64,000 bases of DNA, taken from Callorhinchus milii (lineage: Eukaryota). The position numbers and the translations under genes are program-made. Each line of letters starts with the position of its first letter. The first letter of the stretch is position 1. Below are positions 1 to 11,979 of this stretch, one piece after another. The stretch covers positions 37,512,001 through 37,576,000 of the forward strand of contig NW_024704743.1 in assembly GCF_018977255.1 (NCBI RefSeq), in the 5' to 3' direction. The notes beneath the pieces were generated by a model. It searched no databases, was not told the DNA's origin, and saw nothing but the letters and a program-made list of their open reading frames with translations.

Positions 1-749
1 TGAAGCCAGGACATGACTCATTTAAAAAACAGCTCAATGCTGTGATGGGAGGATGACAAGGTGGGTGTCCTGGAAGGATGAGATCAGATGGGTCAGATCT
101 TGTGATTCTTGTGATCCTGTGAATGCACATTCTGACTGTTTCCACTCTGTTCCTAGGGAACAGAGCACAGGAGGAAATATAGTAAATTTTGTGTTCAGCA
201 GCTGATCGGTATTTTAGAAATGATCATTGGGTGTTGACCTCCTCGTTTGCTCATTCCAATTATGGAGCTCTGGGATCCTAGCCTACGTGAGGGAAGCTAA
301 ATAAATGAAGTTGCTATTGAAATTTTTAGGTTTTGTTCAATCCATAACTCTCCTTTCAGCCTTTCGCCCACTTTCTCCACAATACCACTCAAGTCCACAT
401 GACCTCATCCCCAAAGTAGCTGAAGCCCTTGAGAATTAAGAAAAAATATATTCGAAGATCTACGTAATGTGTAGATTTCTCTGCTTACGTGAGCTAACCT
501 CCATCAATAACAACAGGATAGTTTAATCTTAAGAACAGTATTGGAAGATACTGGGGTAAGTGAAGACTGAGGTGAACAAATCCTTCACAGATCACAATTA
601 TTCTGTGCTGTTGGAGGGGGAATGGAAGATTGGCTTTGTTAGTGGAAATATGGGGATGAATAAACATTCTGCTGTTATTGCTTTATTAGTTTTAAAGTTT
701 CAAGGAGGTTTTGTGCAGATTCATCTCTGTGAGATGAAGTGGCGGAATA

Positions 750-997
750 ATGTTTCCTTAATCCACACACCTGTTTACCTAGCAGTAAGTAGGAACCCGG
801 TTGTTAGTCGATTGGCAGATCGCTTCCGGGGGTAATAATCCCTTCAAAAAAATAAAAATAATAATAATTTGGTCACAATTTGCGCAATTGGCTGCCACGT
901 TTTGCCCACAAAATTCACAGTCAATTCACTTTACGATATATTCTGTGAAATACTTTAAGATGCCTCAACAACGTGATATGAAATGCAAGGATTATAA
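750..997 (+). mobile_element. SINE long subfamily, 5' truncated
   Basis: ctgtttacctagcagtaagtaggaacccgg...gcaaggattat. Confidence 0.88.
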
Positions 998-1349
998 TGT
1001 GGAAGGAGTAGGCTTGATAGACTAAAGGGCCCAAAACAGCAGCGTCTGATAAAATACATTAAATGTAAACTGAAAGGAATAGGAGGAAAATTATAGCAGC
1101 CAAATGCGCACAGCAGTGTCCCAAAAACAGTCGTGGATTAAATATTGTAGTTAGAGCCCAATATCTGCACTACCTGGAACCTGTACCCAGTGGATATCAT
1201 CAGTGCAAATCAAAATGTCATCCATCAGGAGTTAGAGTATCACTGTGGGAAGCAAATAATATCTACGTGAATTCAACTATTAGTTGCACACTGGTAAGAC
1301 TGTTTAGTCAGCCCAGCAGTTATTGCTATATGAATTGAGACTGAAGTTA

Positions 1350-1560
1350 ATGAGGTTTTGAAGAATTAAAGAGGGAGGGTGGAGGGATTTATGGCGAGAG
1401 AGTAGGGCAATATGGCTTGTAGTTCATTTACAGGTGGTGAAGGGATGGAGGATGTTGCTGCAGGACAGAATTGGCAGGAAGGAGAGAGCAGGCAAGGAAG
1501 TAGAACCATAAGAGATCACAGAGGTTAGGTGGGTCAAAGGCATGGAGAAAATTGCAAACC
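1350..1560 (-). mobile_element. Old L2 fragment
   Basis: Diverged similarity to the minus-strand L2 C-terminal region. Confidence 0.5.
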
Positions 1561-2596
1561 CTACAGCAACAAAGGCTGACCACTGAGAACGAATTCTTGT
1601 TCTCCTTCCTATCTTGTTTTTGAAGCTATTTTTAGAACCATGAATTTATGGATTTTTAAAATGTATTCCAGGCAAAAAATATGTAGTATAGTTTACTAAG
1701 TAATTTGCACAATGATAACATATATTAAAAAGAATCACATCTTTAAGGAAAGCATCAAACCTCCCACCACCAGCAATCTGATTTATAGAGTATTTTTGAG
1801 AGCAAAACAGCCCTGACACTGAATAAAAGAGGTAGTAGATCTGCCAATGTACCAAATAAAAATAGCTAGACAAAAGTACCAATGTATCTAATTTCAAGGA
1901 TGTATAAATATCAGCTTAATCCCTGAGATGAGTGAATTTGCAAGGACCTTGAAGGATGCTGTTACTGCACTCTGCAGAAAAGTCAAATGAATGTGTAAAC
2001 TCAATCCAAGTCTACTCAACTGTGAAAAGTAAAAGCAAGTGAATAAAAAGGGGTGGGGGTGAGGGGAGAAGAAGCGAAGACCCTGACCAGCATTTAAAAG
2101 AGAATGGGATAAATATATGAGGAAAAGAGTATCGAGGTAGAGCAGGGGGTTGAGACCAGTGCAGATGCAGTAGCTCTAGTAACTTTAATAACATAAGAGC
2201 TGTCATATTGGTGTGAAAGGCTTTGTGTGCTGTGAATGTTCTGTGATGCAATGAATTGATACATGATAAAGAATGGGATTAAAGAGAGGAGAAAAGAGAT
2301 TGGATTTTCTATAGCAAAAGGGGTGTCAATCAGATAAGGAAACCATCTTGCTCGTTTCCAAATTAACAGCAAACACACTGCCACTGATCATGCCCAATTT
2401 CAGCATCTTTATATACTGATAGCTGGGAGAGAATCATAATTATAGTGCAAAGATTATTTAGTGAGGAAATACATGGGAGAGGAGAGAATGAATAGGTGGG
2501 TAGAGGAGAGGGGAATATAAGGGGAAAGAGCTGGTGTGAAATACAAACATTGGCACTGACTAGTAGGGCCGATAGCCTGTATCAGTCTATGTTGCA

Positions 2597-2968
2597 GAGT
2601 CCCTACCGTAGTGGTTAGAGCACTCTCCTCACAAGCAAGAGGACCTGCTTTTATTCCCAGGTAGGTGAAAGCTTAGGCAAGTTGCCTTACTCCACACGCC
2701 TCTGTTTACCTAGCAGTAAGTAGGAACCCAGGTGTTATTCGATTGGCCTATCGCTTTCTGGGGGTAATAATCCACCCCAAAAAAATTGTATACTCAAAGT
2801 CACTCAATCCACAACTGTTTGTGGGACACTGTGCATGCAATTTGCGGCCGCGTTTCACCCACAAAAACACAGTCGATTTCCTTCACAATATATTCTGTGA
2901 AGAGTTTTGAGATGTCTCAATGATGTGATAAGGTGTTATATGAAATGCAAGGATTATTTTTATTATTA
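2597..2968 (+). mobile_element. tRNA-headed SINE, long subfamily
   Basis: Contains the extra CTCTGTTTACCTAGCAGTAAGTAGGAACCC segment. Confidence 0.9.
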
Positions 2969-3074
2969 TGTAACTCTAAAACAGCACTACTGCACTACAT
3001 TGCCTGATCACACAAGTGCCTCAAGCGGTCTTCTGTAACAGTCTGGTAACAGTTGATGTGATAATATCGAAGGG

Positions 3075-3295
3075 AGCAGCATGGATAGAAAGTTGGTTAA
3101 AGGATAGGTGACAGAGGGTGGGAAGTATAGGGTTGTTATTATTCGCAATGGAAAGATGTAAATAGTGGTGTCTCCCAGGAGTCAGTGTTTAATTTAATAC
3201 AGACAAATGGGAGTTTATACATTTTGGAAGGAAGAATAGGAGAAGATATATTTTGAGTGGTAAAATATTGAATAGTTCAAATAGTTACTAGAGAA
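3075..3295 (+). mobile_element. CR1 RT fragment
   Basis: WIESWL-like tggatagaaagttggtta...agtggtgtctcccaggagtcagtg ([12 protein letters not shown]). Confidence 0.7.
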
Positions 3296-3337
3296 CATCA
3301 ATTTAAGATAATAATTATTATCCATACGTTTGATAAG

Positions 3338-3587
3338 TGGAGTCCTGTAGCTCAATGATTAGAGCACTCGCCTTGCAAGCGAGACACCTGGGTTCAATTC
3401 CAGGCAGGGCGAAACCTTGGGCAAGTTTCCTTACTCCACACGCCTAATAATAATCCCTCAAAAAAATTGGCTGCTGCATTTCACCTACAAATATACAGTC
3501 AATTCACTTTACAGTCTATTCTGTGAAGCGCTTTGAGACGTCGAGAAGATGTGAAAAGCGCTATATCAAATGCAAGGATTATTACTA
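3338..3587 (+). mobile_element. tRNA(Ala)-headed SINE, short subfamily with internal deletion
   Basis: tggagtcctgtagctcaatg...gcaaggattattac. Confidence 0.92.
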
Positions 3588-3840
3588 TTGATTTAGCGTC
3601 TTTCACATCAGGTGAACATCCCAAGGCACTTCACAGGATATACTGTAAAGTGAATGTTTTTTGCAGGCAAACGCGGTGGATGATTTGCATCCAGCAATGT
3701 CCCAGAGACATTCACGAAGAGAATAACCATTATTATTTGTGGGATTGTTAGCCAACACACCGGGAGAAACTCCCCTTCTCTTTATGAATAGTGCCCTGGG
3801 ATCTTTAGCATCTATGCGGGCTCGGATTAACATCTCATTC
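3588..3840 (-). mobile_element. Deu-type SINE 3' part; its tail lies at 3305-3336, split off by a younger SINE
   Basis: ccgggagaaactcccc..gaatagtgccctgggatcttt..ttaacatctcat. Confidence 0.78.
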
Positions 3841-4080
3841 CCAGGCTCTCTGTCCCCACCCTTTTAGAACTCCAACCTACAGTCCCTCACCTCCTTAAAG
3901 GCACGTCTCGAGACCCTCCTCTTTGATCGCACCTTCGTCCACCTTCTTAAACCTACCCTCCCTGCCTTTCACCCCTCCTGATCCCAACCCCCAGCTTGGG
4001 TCCAAATCCCTGATTGTCCAGCACCTTGGGACTTCCTCCTGATGTGAAAGGCGCAATACAAATGTAATTTATTGTTGTTG
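3840..4080 (+). mobile_element. L2 LINE 3' end
   Basis: Same 3' UTR and tail, ends ttgttgttg. Confidence 0.8.
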
Positions 4081-4099
4081 ATAGCAATTCCAACAAAGA

Positions 4100-4470
4100 A
4101 GCACCGTTGGAATCCCATCCTCGACTATGTGAGTTCCAAGTCGTGACATTCAATGGTTGAATCATGTGTGAGCCAAGACAGTTGGGGTCAGTAGGGTAGT
4201 TGGCTGTGAAATTCGTTCACCTGAACCTCACCCCACTGTTACGGGCTGTTCAAACATGAGCATTTTCTGACAGAGATCATTGCATGGTGATCAGGAGCAG
4301 CAAATCTCGCTGATTTTATTTCCTCTCTCCCCAGCCCCCTCCCCTTACCCCTACTTCCAAGCGCAGGCCACTGAGCTAATTGTACACTTCACAACACCCC
4401 ATCTGAGTTTAGCTAATTTATCACAGAGCAGGGTGAATTTGCTCACTTCCTGGTTTGTGCTGATCAGTTT
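4100..4470 (-). mobile_element. Ancient SINE-like repeat, possibly AmnSINE2-like; related pieces at about 17220-17430, 19345-19505 and 59190-59380
   Basis: gatcaggagcag..gctgatttt..cactgagctaattgta resembles the reverse complement of 19385-19500 (ctgatctcagc..attggcctctg..gaaaaacaactgaggttcctgct..ccctgctggaaagtg); family name from memory only. Confidence 0.4.
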
Positions 4471-4611
4471 AACACTATGTAACAAGTATCAATGTGCTTC
4501 ATGTTGGCAAGTTCTGAGGTTTCCTCCGAGTTGAGGAGAAAAATCATGTCAAGATTGCATTCCTGATGATTCTTTCAGTGTTTCTATTAGAAATTGCATT
4601 GTGTAAATGTT

Positions 4612-4692
4612 TTGTATGTGTGAGTATGCGTGTTGTGTTTATGTGCTGTGTGTTGGCATGTTTATTCTGTATGTGTGTGTGTGTTGTGTGTG
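4612..4692. repeat. TG-rich low-complexity tract
   Basis: Imperfect (TG)n. Confidence 0.7.
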
Positions 4693-4695
4693 AAT

Positions 4696-5095
4696 CACCC
4701 TGGCTTAGTTGGTAGAACCCTCGCCGAAGGTTGTGGGTTCAAGCCACACATCGGGACTTTGAACTCATAGTCTAAGATGACCCTCAAGTGCAATGTTGGG
4801 TGTGAGGCGATGTCCTTTGGATAAGACGTTAAACTGAGGTCCCACCTGCCTGTTCAAGTGGACATAAGAGATCATCCGCATTATGACATGATTCAAAAAG
4901 AGAAGGGAGTTTCTTCCAGTGTCCTTGCCAATAATCCCCCAGATAAAATATGTTGTTCACTTCACCCAGGACTGCTTGTGGGACATCGCTGTGCACAAAT
5001 TGGCTACCGCATTCATCTATCAGTACACAGTAAATCCAGTGAAGAGCTTTGATAAATTTCAATTGTGTAATAAGGTGCTGTCTCAAATGCAATTT
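4696..5095 (+). mobile_element. Deu-domain SINE (SacSINE1/AmnSINE1-like), near full length
   Basis: Head cctggcttagttggtag..gggttcaag; Deu-like gtcctttggataagacgttaaactgaggtccc..ctgcctgttcaagtggac..ggagtttct..gtgtccttgcca. Confidence 0.8.
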
Positions 5096-5632
5096 TTAAA
5101 ATTTTGAAATCCTTTATAACTTTAAAGACCTCTATCAGCTCTCTCCTTAACCTTTGCTGTTCAAGTGAAAATAGGAAGATTAGAAAGCCGGTTTTCAAGG
5201 CTTTATGTACAGAGGAGCATTGGCAAGAGCAACATGTCCTTGAAATGGGAGTGAACGCTGATATGTGTGGGTGTCTTTTGCCGTAATGGAGAGTCAGGTA
5301 CCCAGGCAGGTACCTGGGAAAACATACTATAGTTGAAGTTTGTCTCAAGGTGGCTGTTTTGATTTTTATATAAGGCATGAATGCATTCAATACAAAACTG
5401 TCATATTCTATTTTGTATCCACTTTGTCTGTGGCAGTTTCACGTAATGTGAACAAGTAAAGAATTGTCCTGAAACCCTTTCTCAGTAATGGGTAATGGTA
5501 ACCTTCATCTCATTTCTAATGCAGTTAAAGGGGTTAGAAACCTTTTTAAGTTTCTTACAACAGGGACCTCCAAGTTGGGTGGGTGGAATGCCGTTGTGAT
5601 CAAAAGCATACTGGTTCTACTAACTTTGTAGC

Positions 5633-5895
5633 TGTCAGCCTGCCTCAATGGTAGCACTCTTAATGTTAAAGATCCCATGGCACTATTCAAGGGAGTTTCT
5701 CCTGGTGTCCTGGCCAACAATCCCCCAAATAAAAGTGGCCACTCACTCCTTGGCTGATTGTGGGACATTGCTGTGTGCAACTAGCCTTTTGCCCACAAAA
5801 TACACAGTAAAACCACTAAACAGTATATCCTTGAAGTGCTTTGAGATGTCCCAACAACGTGATAAGGCAATATATCAAATTATTATCATCATTAC
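5633..5895 (+). mobile_element. Deu-type SINE with large internal deletion
   Basis: Head gtcagcctgcctcaatggtagcactct joined to aaagatcccatggcactattc. Confidence 0.78.
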
Positions 5896-6339
5896 TCCGC
5901 AAACAATAAACGGAAAAGTTTCACAAACACTGGTGCTTTGCATTCTTAGAGGTACCATCCTTTTGATGAGCTAATGAATCAAAGTCTGGCTCCCTGATGT
6001 TGAGCAATACTGTTGCAGGAAAAGAAACAGACGTTTTGATCACAGGGTAATAGCAATGATCTGCATGTACCTGCACTAGTGGTGCCCATTTGCTGTATAG
6101 TGAATTTTGTTTTGGCCAGCTGGATGTCTGACACACGTGGAAACCCATGATCATTCAAATCAGCCTGGAAGATCTATGTATATATGCCATCTAAACATGG
6201 GAATTCTGCAGGAAAAATGATTAAAAATGGAAACAAGTTTTATTTTTTGACAAGGCAGCAAGAAAGTGTACGAGACGCTGTCTGTAATTCAGAGCTGCAT
6301 AGAAAAACTTCCCTGTGGACTGAGGCTCCAGTCAGTTTA

Positions 6340-6530
6340 TTAATAATAATAATAATCCTTGCATTTGATATAGCGCATTATCACGTCTTCACGACGTCTC
6401 AAAGCGCTTCACAAGATATACTGTAAAGTGAATCGATTGTATATTTTGTGAGTGAAATGCAGCAGCCAATTGTGCACAGCAGAGTCCCACAAACAGTCGT
6501 GGATTGAAGTGACCAAATTATTATTTATTT
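6340..6530 (-). mobile_element. SINE 3' half
   Basis: taataatccttgcatttgatatagcgc...cacaaacagtcgtggattg. Confidence 0.88.
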
Positions 6531-6550
6531 AATTACCAGGAAACTACTTC

Positions 6551-6872
6551 TTAATAATAATAATAATAATCCTTGCATTTGATATAGCGCTTTTCACGTC
6601 TTCTAGACATCTCAAAGCGCTTCACAGAATATACTGTAAAGTGAATTGACTGTATATTTGTTGGCGAACGCGGCAGCCAGTTGTGCACAGCAATGTCCCA
6701 CAAACAGTCGTGGATTGAAAATGACCAATTTATTATTGTTTTTGGTTTTGGAGGGATTATTATTAGGTGTGTGGAGTAAGGAAACTTGCCCAAGGTTTCG
6801 CCCTGCCTGGATTTGAACTCAGGTCTCTCACTTGCAAAGCGAGTGCTCTAACCACTGAGCTACAGGACTCCA
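6551..6872 (-). mobile_element. Full-length tRNA(Ala)-headed SINE, short subfamily
   Basis: Same head; tail loop GAGATGTCTAGAAGACGTG; possible ACTTC duplication at the flanks. Confidence 0.95.
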
Positions 6873-6874
6873 CT

Positions 6875-7115
6875 TCCTATTGATTTCATCAAAACTCCTC
6901 AGAAATGTCAAAGACCTCCATCAGGTCACCTCTCAATTGTTTTTTTTCTCTCCAGAGGAAAAAGTTCCAGTTCCTCCAGTCTCCACTCACACAGAGACCA
7001 AACCACTCATTCCTGGTATCATCCCAGTAAAGCTCCTCTACCCCATCTCTATCACCTTAACATCTTCCCTAAAGTGGGCTGACCAACACTGGACACAATA
7101 TGCTAACTGCCATCT
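6875..7115 (-). mobile_element. CR1 fragment
   Basis: aaagacctccatcaggtcacctctc...ccaacactggacacaata. Confidence 0.75.
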
Positions 7116-8805
7116 CAAAGTGGGATTGTCGGTCACTCCTGTGACTGGTTTGCCATTCTTTGCCCATCTCTTCTTCTCAACCCGCTCAAACACTCACTTT
7201 TCTTTTAATAAAATAAAAGTGTCTGTTCGACACGTCTCATCTGTCCCTTCCACAGATTAAGTGTTTTATTTTCCCAGTCAATGAATTATTTCAATACCAA
7301 AATTAACAATAACAACAATTTTCATTGCTACAGCGTCTCTCATGGAGTACAGTGTCTCAGAGCGCTTGAATCATTCTTACATTTGATGAGGGATGTATTG
7401 TGTTGAAACATATCAGAGCACTTTGCAAGTAATTACTGTTAAGTTATAGGGGCTGTTTTGGATAGGCAAACGTGACAGCCAGTTCACACGCAGCAAAGTC
7501 TCTTAAACAACTGTAGGCTGGGGGATTGTTGGCGAGGATACTCCCCTTCGCTGTTGATTAATATCATGATATCTTAAATGTCTGCATAAACAGGCTGACT
7601 GGTTCTCATTGTAACTCATCAGAAGGGTGGTGCATACAGCAATGTAGCACTGTTAAGGTGCTCCTATTGCACAAAAATAAATGCTCCATGATGCCTGTCT
7701 AATCTTACCCGCTATATTATTCATCCTTGGCTTGTTTCCTCTTTTGTGTCAGGAGTTAATCCAGAATACTGGATACAAGCAGTAAATAAGGAAATCAATA
7801 CAAAGTAGTCAACTGTTCAATGGATACAAATGTGCTTGGATTAAAAGATAGTTTCTATATGTCTTTAACCTGATCACATTTCCAATAATTGCATTGGGGT
7901 GTCTCACTGCAGTTGGGGAGAAATTGTACCTAGATCTAGAATTACTCTAAGTTTGTAGCAGTTTAGAGCATGCTGAATTTGGCTATTTCTTAAATGCAGC
8001 CTTAAATTTGAAGCTGGTTTTCTGTAAGCTTTTCCAAGAAATACAGTACAGAACAACACCTTCAAAGTTGCCTTTAAAGTTGAAACTGAATTCAACAATT
8101 TACTACCTTCTGGACATTCTAAAATGCCACATAAATCGAGTCAATCCAGACCCAGGATGTTATCCTTATTTTAGAATGTACATGCATAATGTTGCCACAG
8201 GAAGGGTAAGGAACAAGTTTGCCAGCAGTAAAAGTATAAGCATTTGCAGCTTCAGTTCCTCCTGTCATGGGTGAAATGCTCCCTGCATTTTATCTTGAGC
8301 TTTGTTGGTTTGTGTTATTTTTCTCTTCTTTCTGCTGTAGCTTACCCAGCACAAAATACTTTATCTGAGGTATCAAATGTCCCAATTCTCCCTGGACTCT
8401 TAAGCATCAGATTCTGAAGGTCTGACCTGTCTAATTGCAAATGTACCAACGCCCATTAAAGCAATTGAACACAAGTGAGATTACATTATTGGTAATATTT
8501 TGTTACAGATTTTCCTAATCTTTCTTCTGAAGTTCAGGCTTGTTTGCTGTGTTTGTCCTTATTTGCCAGCCACAGTGAATTATTGAAGGAGCACACATTG
8601 AACGAGGGTTTTTACACAGACAGCTGATCTCCAGGATTCATAGTGTATGTCTGCCAGAAAAAGATGACTGGTGTATCAGTTTTGCAAGGGAAGAGGGAGG
8701 GAGGTTTGAAGGGAAAGTCCCTTCACACAATTTGATTTTAATTTGTTTCTGCTGGTCTATTCCTTGTGTAGAACTGTATGGGAGTGACATTAGTTTGGGT
8801 GCTTG

Positions 8806-9015
8806 ATGATGATAATGATAATAATAATCCTTGCATTTGATATAGCGCCTTATCACGTCTTTGAGATATCTCAAAGCGCTTCACAGAATATACTGTAAAG
8901 GGAATTGGCTGTATATTTTGTTTGTGGGGCGAAACGTGGCAGCCAATTGTACACAGCAGTGTCCCACAAACAGTCGTGGATTTGGTGACCAATTTATTAT
9001 TATTATTTTTGGGGG
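8806..9015 (-). mobile_element. SINE 3' half
   Basis: Same 3' consensus. Confidence 0.88.
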
Positions 9016-9849
9016 GCTTGATCACTAAAAATATCAAGTGGGTTTAGTATTTGACTTAAAGCAAACAATAAGAAAGTAATCTTCAGGGCAAGAGTCATCT
9101 CTTCAAAAGATTGACTTGCTGAGAATATTATATTTTCATGCATATGGAGCCCTCGCCCTGTCACAATGTGTTGTGCATTTCAATGCAGTCAAGTTCTTTT
9201 CTTATAATTCTTGACTGTGCCACCATGATCAATCTCAAAATTACACAACATCTGGAATAACTTCAGATCAGTTTCCCAATGTTATTGGAGTTATGCATTT
9301 TCTAATGATTCTTTTCTAATCCAGAGACGCTCGAGCTTTGACAGTTGAGATCTCGAGTGTTTGTTCCCTTCCTTTCTCTTGCTGTGTCGATACAATGTTA
9401 GCAGCAACAACTGCAGCTCAGAAGTGTCGGAGTTTACGCTATCAAATGTAAGACATGGTTACAACGTACCATTGTTAAAAGAATTATAATCCTTGAAGTT
9501 GACATAGCCTCTATAATGTCAACTTCTCAAAGCACCTTGCAGCTAACTGCTGTCAAGATTAGTGACACCGTATTTGAGGCCTGCATGTATGTTTTAAAGG
9601 TGTCAAGTATACAGAAGCATTAGGTAGACACGTTGTTGAATAGAAACAAGATTGTATGATACATAAATATGAAATTAATAGAGTGTTTTAATAATACCAT
9701 TCCTTGCATTTGATGTAGCGCCTATTTTTCAGCAATGTTCTGCAAAGTATAGTGACTGTGTACAATAAACTCCTGATATATTGTCACTCCAAAGGAAAGG
9801 AGCTCAGTCTCTGTATCCAGGGTATCGATATAGGCGTGAGTCCTTCGGA

Positions 9850-9866
9850 GCCACTAGGGGGTACTG
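9850..9866 (+). promoter_or_regulatory. Weaker candidate CTCF site
   Basis: GCCACTAGGGGGTACTG, one mismatch (T for C) in the GGC of the core. Confidence 0.3.
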
Positions 9867-9929
9867 TGGCCGGGAGGACCTACATCAACACACACTGACC
9901 AGTTTTTATGCTATACCCTGACTTAACAG

Positions 9930-10010
9930 TCAGGCTCCACCGCCGTTAGGCGCTCTGAGACGCTACCCTGTGTGCAGGGCACTATATAAGTGCAAGTTGT
10001 TGTTGTTGTT
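9930..10010 (+). mobile_element. L2 tail fragment (second tail type)
   Basis: gcgctctgagacgctaccctgtgtgcagggcactatataagtgcaagttgttgttgttg. Confidence 0.75.
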
Positions 10011-10048
10011 ACCCTGTTGTCAAGTATCAGCTAAATAGGTAGCACATG

Positions 10049-10378
10049 TAATAATAATAATAATAATAATCCTTGCATTTGATATAGCGCTTTTCACGTC
10101 GGGAGGACGTCCCAAAGCGCTTCACAGAACACAATGTAAAGTGAAGTGACTGTATATTTGTGGGCGAACGCGGCAGCCAATTGCGCACAGCAATGTCCCA
10201 CAAACAGTCGTAGATTGAAAATGACCAATTTATTATTGTTTTTGGTTTTGGAGGGATTATTATTAGGCTCTGTGTGGAGTAAGGAAACTTGCCCAAGGTT
10301 TCGCCCTCTGCCTGGAATTGAACTCAGGTCTCTCGCTTGCAAAGCGAGTGCTCTAACCACTGAGCTACAGGACTCCAC
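10049..10378 (-). mobile_element. Full-length tRNA(Ala)-headed SINE, youngest short subfamily
   Basis: A box TAGCTCAGTGG, arm CTCGC-TTTGCAA-GCGAG, B box GTTCAATTCC, L2-like tail, (ATT)n. Confidence 0.95.
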
Positions 10379-10659
10379 AGTAATGAATATTTAACACTTG
10401 GCCATTTCACACTATGTTTGTCACCGATTTAGATTTTCTGTCACTTCCTTCTGAAGGATTGTGACACATTCTATGTAGCTGACAGCAGGATCAGAGTTCC
10501 TGTACTATAAAGTGATTTTCTCACTTTTCCAGATGCATAAAAATGATAGTCTTTTCGGCAGATAGCTCTTTGGATTAAATTAGTTTAATCTTCTGAGGAC
10601 CACCCCACCTTCAGAAATCAATACTGGTTTAGAGTTACAACTCTTCATTTTTTTGGGGG

Positions 10660-11170
10660 GATGGGGTCAGCCGGGTGTCTGACACATGCAGGAACCCATC
10701 ACACTGCTTACGAGTATCCAAAAGCAAACTGAGTTCCATGCATCCCACCTCCACATAGAAATTCCAGAGATGCTTATTGGAATGGAATGCACACTCTCTC
10801 CCTGGCGGGACACATCTTGCTTACCTATTTTCAGAGAATATTAGGCATAGGTTGACCCCAGAGTGTGCATTGGGGTACTGCTGGAGTTTTTACCAGCTAA
10901 AACTGCATAGCTTGCCTTTGAAAGCACTGCCTGGCAAGCTTTTCCGCTGTCTGTCCAGCTAAGACCACCCTACCCATTAGGGCTTTGGCTTGTTGGAGCT
11001 GAGTGGAATGACTGACTCCCTGCCCCCACTGACTTGTCTGCCCTTCTGAGTCCTGCTGATAAGCCAGGCCGGCTGTGCTGTCATCAGCAGTACCCTGGAA
11101 TACTGCAAAACTGCCTTGTTCAGAATCCAGACTACCAACACCACCACAGAGGGCTATCTTGATTCCGACA
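10660..11170. repeat. Unclassified interspersed repeat, copy 1
   Basis: Reverse-complement similarity to 35330-35840, 53030-53185 and 39500-39681 plus 41363-41620. Confidence 0.75.
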
Positions 11171-11979
11171 TTCTGTTGCCCAAAATGTCACCTTGGAGCC
11201 AGTTCACTCTCAAGGAGACTCCACTTACCAGATGATGGGGGCAAAAAGACTGAAGGCCTAACTGCTGATGGGGCAGGCAGGGCGGGGGACATGGAACAGG
11301 CCAGTGCCCACTGAGTGGAGAGAATGGAGAAGGTTGGTAAGATAATCAATTTATCTGGAGAAATTGTGGCTTGGATACTACTTGGGATCTTTCATGGTAT
11401 CTTTCGAGCTACTTTCAGTGGCACCAGTTCTGCACATTTGTGTGTCAAGAAAAAGTACTCATTTGATTCAGTGCCAGTCTGGTCTAATGGGTACGTGTAT
11501 TAACACCTGGGGATCTGGAGCAATCCTGGGATATTTGCTTGCTTATCATTTGTTTCTAAAAAAAACATTTTGGAGTTGTGATTGTGACCCTCCTTCTGAA
11601 ATCTGGTTCATCGCAATACTCCTCTCCAATCAAAAAGGATGTTCTGGTGATAGAATCCTAAGATGGATTGCTTTCTGTTCAATATCTGTTTACATGATGA
11701 TAATAATCTTTGCATTTTGATAATTGACTTGTGTCATTGAAACAGAAATGAATGTAAAGTTTAGGAGCTGTGTATTTGTAAATATTAATAATAATCCTTA
11801 CATTTGGTATCACACCTTTCAAGTCTCAAAGCATTTCACGGGAAACACTGCAAATTTGGTGGTGCCGTCCGTCGGATGACGAGTTAAACCAAGGTCCCAT
11901 CTGCCTGTTTAGATGGATGTTAAACAATGCTTTAGATGAAATTGGTCATTCACTCCATAGCTATTTGTGAGACAATGCT

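Noticed and set aside
6551..6793. Recurrent ORFs such as MGKFPYST...CKDYYYY and MESCSSVVRALALQ
   Set aside because: Chance translations of the multi-copy SINE; the Tyr runs come from the (ATT)n tail.
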